A stretch of 64,000 nt of DNA, taken from the human T2T-CHM13v2.0 reference genome, Homo sapiens. Positions 55,985-64,000 of this stretch are shown here, piece after piece. A model generated the notes under the pieces. It was not told the origin of the DNA, searched no databases, and saw only the letters and a program-made list of their open reading frames with translations. The stretch lies in assembly GCF_009914755.1 (NCBI RefSeq), contig NC_060926.1. One strand, written 5' to 3'. The translations under genes and the position numbers were made by a program. Numbering within the stretch: position 1 is the stretch's first letter; every line of letters begins with the position of its first letter.

Positions 55985-56340
55985 ATGCCCAGTCATCGCC
56001 CAATGGGCTCATGAACAAAGTGATCGCAGTGGCAGGAATGGAGCTTATGCATGGCCTCAGTAAAATGGACTTTCACTCCCTACAGCTGATCTGGCTGTGG
56101 CCACAGCTGAGTGTCCAATCTGTCAGATGCAGAGACCTACACTAATTCTCTAATATGGCACCATTCCCCTGGGTGACAAGCAGCTACGTGGTGGCAGGTT
56201 GATTACATTAGACCACTTCCATCATGTAAGAAACAGCATTTCATTCCTACTAAAATAGATGCCTACTCTGGATATGAATTTACCTTCCCTGAACACAGTG
56301 CTTTTGCCTGAACTATGATCCATAAACGTACAGAAAGCCA
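55985..56340 (+). mobile_element. ERVL internal fragment (decayed integrase)
   Basis: Manual translation across stops and frameshifts gives VIAQWAHEQS...AECPICQ...WWQVDYI..., i.e. HHCC zinc-finger and catalytic-core remnants of an ERVL integrase. Confidence 0.8.
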
Positions 56341-56519
56341 ATAGTCCTAAGCAAGTTTATATTCTCTGGACACAGTTTTTAGCTGCTGCAATCAAACATG
56401 ATTTAATTAACTTACCATGGGTAAATGGCTTCTCTTCCTTAGCTAACAAATGTGCCACTCAAAAACTTAGTTTTGCGGCAGCCTCATTTTCATTTTTTAA
56501 TTTTGTGAATAAATTCTGT

Positions 56520-58660
56520 TATGAACAGCTATTGTGTTTTAAATTTTTCTAATTTTTACAAATCATGAATAGGTATTGGATTTTGACAAATGCTTTTTCT
56601 GCACGTAATGATATAATCATATGAAATTTCTTTCCTCTCAATCTGTGTATCTTTAATTTCCATTATTTGTCTTATTATATTGGCAGAACTTGTAGTACTC
56701 TGTGGAAAAGGAAGTAAGAGGGAACATCCTTTCCACATCTTAGCAGGAAAGCTTCTAATTTCTCACCATTAAATATGGTGTTACATGCAGATTTTTGTAG
56801 ATGGACTTCATGACTTGCATCTACAAGAGGAAGTTCTCTTCTATTCTTAGTTTACTGAGAGTTTTTTCTTTATAATTAATGAGTATGGGATTTCTTTAAA
56901 TTCTTTTTCTGCGTTTATTGATATGATTATGTATTTCTTCTTAATCTGTTAATATGATGGATTACATTAATTGGTTTACTAATATTGAACCAGCCTTGCA
57001 GATGTGGAATAAATCCCAATTGCTTATAGTATATAATTCTTTTTAGATATTGTTGGGTTCAATTTACTAATATTTTATTGAGGAATATTGCATCTATTTT
57101 CATGAGCAATATTGGTCTGTAGATTTTTTTAGTAATTTCTTTTTTTTGGTTTGGCATTCTGATTATGCCAGTCTCATAGAAACAGGAAGTATTCTCTCTT
57201 GCTTTTCTCTTCTGGAATATATTGTAGAGAAGTGGTATAATTTCTTCCTTAAATATTAGATAGAATTCACTCATAAATCCATCTAGGCCTGGTGTTTTCT
57301 GTTTTGAAAGCTTATTAATTATTGATTCTACTTCTTCAATAGATACAGGTCTTTTCTGATTTTACTATTTCTTCAGTGTGAGCTTTTGTAGATTGCATTT
57401 TTCAAAAAGTTGGTTTATTTCATCTAGGTTATCAAGTAAGTGGGCACAAAGTTATCTATAGTATTCTTTTACTATTTTTTTTTAGCATACATAAAATCTA
57501 TAATGATGTCCTCTTTTTAATTCCTTGATACTTTTCCTTGCTCTGAAGTCTGGTCTGTCTGAAATTATTCTGGTTTTCTTTTGATAAGTGTTAGCATGGT
57601 ATATCTTTCTCCATCCCTTTACTTTTAATCTATATGTCTTTATATTTACAATGGATTTCTTGTAGACTACATATAGTTGGGTGTTTTTTATAATGTGGCT
57701 GACAATCTCTTTTAATTGGTGTAACAATCCACTGATGTCTAAAGTGATTATTAGTACATTTGGATTGATGAATAATGTTTGTTATTTCATATTTGGTGCT
57801 CTGGTTCTTTTTGCTCATTTGTCTCCACACTTTTTTTCTGTCTTTTGTGATTTCAATTGAGCATTTTGTATGATTCCATTTTCTTTCTTTTCTTAGCATA
57901 TCAGTGATGGTGATCTTTTTTTTTGTTTTTGTTTTTTACTTTTTAAGTAGTTGTACTAGGGATTGCAATAAATGTACAATTAATCCAAGTCAGGTTTTAT
58001 TTACTTTTATATGCTAATTTTTTTATTAGAATGAAAGCTATAAATAAACACATTACATAGAGAAAACTTTTAATATATATTCCTATGTGTAGATTATACA
58101 AGTGATGTTTGCATACATTCTTGTTATTAAGAAACTACAATGAAGTATTTAGATTAAAAAGTAAAAGTCACTCTTCATACACCACTAGTGGTCTTTCTAC
58201 TGTTCCAGTGATTTAATAAAATAATTTTTAATTGTTTTTCCAAAATATTTTATTATTAAATAATAATTTTTCATATTTATGGGGTACCTGTGATATTTTG
58301 ATATATGTGTGTGTGATAAACAAATCAAATGTGTAATAAACAAATCAAGATATTTAAGACATCCATCACTTCAAACATTCATAATTTCTATGTGTTGAGA
58401 ATATTCAAAATCTTCTCTTTTAGCTACTTTTAAATGTACAATGTTATTGATAGCTATTGTCACCCTATGATGCTATCAAAAACTTATGCCTTTTCTCTAA
58501 CTGCATGTCTGTACCCATCAACCAACCTCTCTTTATTCCCCCCTTCCCAGCTTCTGGTAACTATTCTACTCTCTAGCTCCATAAGATCCACTACTTTAGC
58601 TCTTACATATGAGTGAGAACATGAAATATTTGGCTTTCTGTGTCTGGCTTATTTCTAAGT
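56520..58660 (-). mobile_element. Old L1M fragments
   Basis: Minus ORF fragments EFYLIFKEEIIPLLYNIFQ and RLKVKGWRKIYHAN resemble L1 ORF2; an L1 3'-end fragment lies at ~58240-58660. Confidence 0.8.
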
Positions 58661-60185
58661 GCACTTTTAATTAACATTAAATGTTTCATGGGTAGTGCAA
58701 ATATGTTATGATAATAGTAGCTATTAATCAAAATTCTATGTATTACTGCTGTTATATAATTGTGTGGCTTAATAAATCGAAATTAAATTGAAGTATAATT
58801 AATTTTAACTCTCCAGCCTGAGTATTAAAACAGGAACTACTGATGCTTAGGCAGTAAGCACTGTGAGTAAATCATTACAAAATAAAAGCATACTCATAAA
58901 CATTGTAACAAAACATATCAAGGAGTTATTATAATTCTCCCAAGAGTTTAGAATCTCCATGTTTGAAAATTGCTGTAATAATGCAAAGCAATTTTCCACA
59001 GTATTAGAAGTAAAAACTAAGTTTAAATATTGTTATATTTGATAGAAAAGAACATTATTCTCATATGAAGATTCAAATTATCAATTATTATTGAGAAAAA
59101 CAATTTAAAAATTATTTTTTCCTTGTAATGGAGGATCCAGTGATATGATAGAATGCATAAGCAGACATTTTGAATTATATGAAAGCTGATCTTGCTATTC
59201 ATGTTACTATTATATTTTCAAAGTAATAAAATATTTTTGAGAAAATTCTCTTCCTGTTTTAAGAAGCAGCCCTGCATTTTTATTTTGCACTGGGGCTCAC
59301 AAATTATGTTGTTGGTTCTGTTTTCCAGTAATACATATCAGATACCAGCAATGCTGAAGTTTGGAAACTTTCTAGAATGCTTTTTGTTTCATTAGGAAGA
59401 GTCCTCCACCTCCATGATTCCCTTTGCCTTCTAGAAGAATAAAATGGGAAAAACAGAATTTTATTATTAAAAAAAAAAACCCAGAAGAGTAACATCACTT
59501 TCCACTCAAACTGACTACACTAATCTAATTTCTCATTCTTTATCTCTTTTACACTAAGGTATACCTGTAATTTTCAGAGTTCCATTTTCAAAGACTGCTT
59601 ATAGTTTTTAAAAATGTGCATTTATGGTATAGAAAGAAAATCATTTTACGACTACCAGGTTCCATTGAAAAGTAATTAATATACTGTAGTCAAAATAAAA
59701 TAAAAATTTTAATACATGAAAACAACTACCGAAATGTTATGAAATTATAGTTTAGTAGAACTAACAAGTGCATTAATGCAAAAGAAAAGTAGGGCTCAGT
59801 AATCAGGGAACCAAGTGTGCATTGTAAAAGTGCAGCCTCTCTAACACTGGGTTTCATCACAAGTAACAGAACAGGATGCCTGATGCAGGGAAAAAAGAAA
59901 GGCAATTGTTGGCAATGTCAGGAATATTGCCATGGCGTCTACCACTGGTGGGTTACTGAGCATCAGAACCACAGAAGAGGTAACACTGAAGCCTGCAGAA
60001 TAATGAGTCTTGTTGCAGAAATGCAAAGAAAAAGAAAGATGATAAATGCACACCCAGGAGGTTACGTTAATTTTAACCTTCTGAGTGTGCACAGCTGTGA
60101 AGATAAAACTATGCACAGCTCATGGGTTAGGTTTCACACAGTCTGCCATTTAAACACTCCCTATGTCACCATCATGTACCATATA

Positions 60186-60210
60186 ATTTGCATATTTGTC
60201 CTTTATATAA
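60186..60210 (+). promoter_or_regulatory. IGKV5-2 promoter (octamer + TATA)
   Basis: Consensus ATTTGCAT (60186-60193) and TATATAA (60204-60210), ~100 bp before the ATG. Confidence 0.9.
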
Positions 60211-60294
60211 CCCTATAATATGTTTGTGGCCATAAAATCTATGCTGTCAAACTGATTAGGAACTGACTACCACCTGCAGGTCAGGGCCAAGGTT

Positions 60295-60343
60295 ATGGGG
60301 TCCCAGGTTCACCTCCTCAGCTTCCTCCTCCTTTGGATCTCTG
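60295..60343 (+). CDS. IGKV5-2: IGKV5-2 leader exon (MGSQVHLLSFLLLWIS)
   Basis: ATG at 60295; 49-nt exon; GTAAGA donor at 60344. Confidence 0.97.
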
Positions 60344-60488
60344 GTAAGAGAAACACTTCCTCTCCTCTGTGCCACCAAGTCCCCTGCATCTCCACAAAAA
60401 TAATATATTTTCATAAGGAATTGATTTTCCTCATTCTCTGCAAATATGATGCATTTGATTTATGTTTTTTACTTTGCTCCATAATCAG

Positions 60489-60786
60489 ATACCAGGGCAG
60501 AAACGACACTCACGCAGTCTCCAGCATTCATGTCAGCGACTCCAGGAGACAAAGTCAACATCTCCTGCAAAGCCAGCCAAGACATTGATGATGATATGAA
60601 CTGGTACCAACAGAAACCAGGAGAAGCTGCTATTTTCATTATTCAAGAAGCTACTACTCTCGTTCCTGGAATCTCACCTCGATTCAGTGGCAGCGGGTAT
60701 GGAACAGATTTTACCCTCACAATTAATAACATAGAATCTGAGGATGCTGCATATTACTTCTGTCTACAACATGATAATTTCCCTCT
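60489..60786 (+). CDS. IGKV5-2: IGKV5-2 V exon
   Basis: Acceptor atcAG|ATACCAGGGCA. Mature ETTLTQSPAFMSATPGDKVNISCKASQDIDDDMNW...YFCLQHDNFP starts at 60500. Confidence 0.99.
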
Positions 60787-60814
60787 CACAGTGATACACC
60801 CTGTTACAAAAACC
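60787..60814 (+). other. IGKV5-2 12-RSS
   Basis: CACAGTG, 12-nt spacer, ACAAAAACC (consensus). Confidence 0.97.
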
Positions 60815-62989
60815 TCCAAGTTCTCTCAGTGGGATTGCCTCAGCTGCTGCTGAAAATGTTCAGAATGTGGAACTGGGTGGCCCTGTGGTGTTTATAAGGC
60901 TTCTCCATGCCCATGCAACTCACTTCCTTTTTCTTTTTGTTTCTGTAGTTTCTGCTGCCCCCATGCTGTGCCTGACACACTTGATATGGCAAAAACCAGG
61001 ACAGCCTTTCTCACGTTGTCCAGCTGTGCCAACAATTTCACTTCCAAGCAGAGGTAAATTCTCATGGCCAACTCCCTGTCTTTTGCCACACTCATCATTT
61101 CCACCTCCAAGAAAAACAAAACCAAAGACCAAAATGCATCTAGCTTAGATTCCAAATAGTAGCATTAAAGGAAATTGTCCCTCCCTATAAGCATTCTCAC
61201 CCTCATCCACACAGTCATCGTGACTCTTCCCTAACCCACTGAGTGCTCACCAGTCCTCTTCAGTCCTCCCTCCAGTGATGGGGAAAAGCGAGTGATAGTT
61301 ATGAGAGCAACATGTAACCTGGGTGCAGACTCTTACTAGTCAGGTTTGCCTCAGATTTCAAGTATTTATCTTTCTTTTATTTTCCATTTTTTTTCTTAAT
61401 TATATGGATCAGTAAGATGTCTCATTTCTTTTTTTTAAGTTACTTGTTCTTTTAACACAATTCAATTCTATAATTCCAAATTTAAAGAGATACCCTGTAT
61501 GTCTTTGGCATGTGTTATATCTGGACAAGTTTTGGGTTATCCCCTTCATGCCACTGCTCAAATCTTACCTGAAACCCCACATATTTTTCCAAAAACCTGA
61601 AAACTGTGTAGCGGTTGAGGAAATTAAATTTGGCAAATCACAATACTTGAGGAAACATGTATCTTTTTATCTTCACTCTCTAATGTTCAGGTGATGCTGT
61701 TTAATTGAGCATTTGCTATTTAGAATCACCCCTCTGAAACTTGTGGGAAAACAGCACCAGCAAGGCAGTCTTCATGTTTTGACCTCATTATTCCTGGATT
61801 ATGCTAGCCTTCTTGCTATTGTTCTACTACAGCCACTACCTGAAGAAACCTCATGTAGGATTGTTTCCTAATGAAATATTAAGATTTATCTGCAATTATC
61901 CCTAACTCTGCAAACTTAACTGACTTCTCAGGTTAGTATTTAATAGCCATCAAATAAGGAGTGGCTGAAATAATATTACCAAGGAAGGAAATAATTGGAT
62001 CATAGAAATGAGGGCTTTGTGGTTATTGCATGGTGAAGACCAACAAAGGCCATTGCAACCAGTAATAATATGCACAATGATGAGCTCGTAGTTAAGAGCA
62101 ATTTCTGTCTTAGTTTTACTGTCACTGAACTGGGCTGGAACCCTGGAGGGCAGGGTAGATGAATGATAATCAAAAACATGATTTCATATGTTAAGTTCTT
62201 TGGAAGGCTCAATTTCGGAGATTTCTCCCACTTTCTATAAGAGCAGACATCAAAGAATCTGATTCTGGAATCTCGTTTTTTCTCTTACAGCTCTCTTTTT
62301 TTCTACTCTAATCTCTTTTCCACTTCCAAGGACATACATTGATAAATATGGTCAACAGAATATTAAGGTGATGTCAATATTAGTGACTACCCTATAAGAG
62401 GGAACAGAAACATTCGTGTTTGTAAGCTTTTAGTCCTCACTTAAGCTTCTTTCTTGAGTAATGTAATCGCTCCCCTTAATGTCTGGAGCAGACATTAGTA
62501 AGAATAATAAATAGTATGTTTAGTCTCAAAGATGGTGAATACAGAAAGTGGTCAGAATGTGAACAACACTATTAAGTATTTAGCTAAAAATAAAACTATT
62601 GAGTTTTGTAAATTCTTATCAAGTCTTCTCTAAGATTGAAGCTCCAGGTTTTAGTGAAAATCCTGTCCAGGAAATATTACATTATAATCCCTTTCTCTCT
62701 GTTCCCATCTACCTTAGGCTCATAGTGACATGAAAGCAAATTTCCATCCTCTGGGAATATATAAACCCGGATTATTTCTTTTTATATAGATGCTCTATCC
62801 CTTGCCTGTGTGCTATTTTCTTACTGAGTCACTACCTTGCACCATGTACACAACCCCCAGTGGTTTATGATAGGATGAACCTATTGAAGCAGCTAGCAGA
62901 GAAAAGGTTATTTATGTGGGTAACTGTGTATGCTTGTTGGACATTCCCTGGGTCTCTCACACTGTTACCACAGCAGCATTATAAAAACA

Positions 62990-63077
62990 TCATCTATCTA
63001 TCTCTCTATCTATCAATTGATCTATCTGTCAATCTATCTATTGTCTATCTCCATAAACACACAAACATACTCACATT

Positions 63078-63105
<28 letters not shown>
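62990..63105. repeat. (TCTA)n-like and (TG)n microsatellites
   Basis: Directly visible. Confidence 0.88.
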
Positions 63106-63108
<3 letters not shown>

Positions 63109-63619
63109 ATACAGAAGAAATGATAAAAGTTATATATGTCTTATGTCCCAAACTTTAGAAAGGATATGTAACATGTTAGCAATCTTTGAACACACTTGCT
63201 GGAATATAGAGTAAAATACTTTGTTGCTGGTATATCAAACTGTAGTAGATAATCCTTCTGATTTCCAAACAGGGTATACAAATGCACCTTTCCACCAGCA
63301 ATGTATGAGGGTTTCTATTGTTCTACATGTCCACCAATACTTGGTATTGTAAAACTTTTTAATTTAAGCCTTTCTTCTACATGTGTAGTAGTATCACTCC
63401 ATAATTACGATCTGTGTTTGTGGGATTATATATGGATTATATATGCTTGTAGGGCATTTGACCATCCTCTGGGTTAAAATTTCTGTCAAATTCTGCCCAT
63501 TTTACTAATGCATTTTCTGATTTAGTTGAACAGATATGTATGAAAATATATATATAACATATGCGTGATATATATCAGCGTGTATCTGCCTATCATCCAT
63601 CCATCTATCTATCCATCAA

Positions 63620-63975
63620 TCTGAATGTTTGTGCTCTGCCAAAATTCATATGTTGAAATCTTAATCTCAATATGTTGATCAAGATTGAGCCTTGGCAGGT
63701 AATTAGGCTGTTAGGGTAAAGCCCTCATGAATGGAATTAATGTCTTTATAAGAAGAAGTGAAGAGACCAGAGGGCTAGCTAGCTCTCTGCTCTTAGCCAC
63801 ATGAGGATGCAAGGAGAAGGTCCTCTACAAACCTGGAGTCGGGCTTCACTATACACCAGATTGGCTGGCACCTTGATCTTGAACTTCTCAGCTTCCAGAA
63901 TTGAAAAAGTTTCTGCTGTTTAACCCTGTCCATCCCCCAGTTTATGGTAGTCTGATATAGCAGCCTGAACTAACA
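63620..63975 (+). mobile_element. MLT1A/MST-like MaLR LTR
   Basis: caaaattcatatgttgaaatcttaatc...gccctcatgaatggaattaatg...caccttgatcttgaacttc...atagcagcctgaactaa. Confidence 0.8.
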
Positions 63976-64000
63976 TCTGTATCTATATTTATACAATTAT

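Noticed and set aside
60985-61010. WQKPGQP-like peptide and GCAAAAACC nonamer-like sequence after IGKV5-2, suggesting a V relic or extra RSS
   Set aside because: Only a ~15-nt match with no other framework motifs, and no heptamer at 12- or 23-nt spacing.

Overview
This window is mammalian, almost certainly human, genomic DNA from the J-proximal end of the immunoglobulin kappa locus (IGK, 2p11.2) in unrearranged germline configuration. The minus strand carries IGKJ1-IGKJ5, each with an intact ~23-spacer RSS, followed by the J-C intron. That intron contains the intron heptamer used for Kde deletion, an AT-rich MAR and the iEk enhancer. Further along the minus strand lie the IGKC exon (Km3 residues), the 3' enhancer at ~9.0 kb and a probable distal enhancer Ed at ~1.5 kb. 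The plus strand carries IGKV4-1 and IGKV5-2 with leaders, promoters and 12-spacer RSSs; they face opposite to J-C and so join by inversion. The rest is mostly interspersed repeats (Alu, L1, L2, MaLR/ERV LTRs, DNA transposon relics) and microsatellites, and nearly all other listed ORFs are artefacts. I find no new gene system: this is a heavily studied locus. The strongest second-look items are (a) divergently oriented CTCF-like motifs in the V-J interval resembling mouse Sis/Cer, (b) a solo HERV-K LTR5 with atypical ends just upstream of the putative distal germline promoter, (c) two kB-consensus sites forming a palindrome in iEk, and (d) two template-switch scars: a ~100-bp inverted duplication inside an Alu and a perfect 17-bp hairpin at an L1 inversion junction. 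Repeat subfamily names and allele calls come from recalled consensus sequences, not from database searches, and repeat boundaries are approximate unless a TSD is given.
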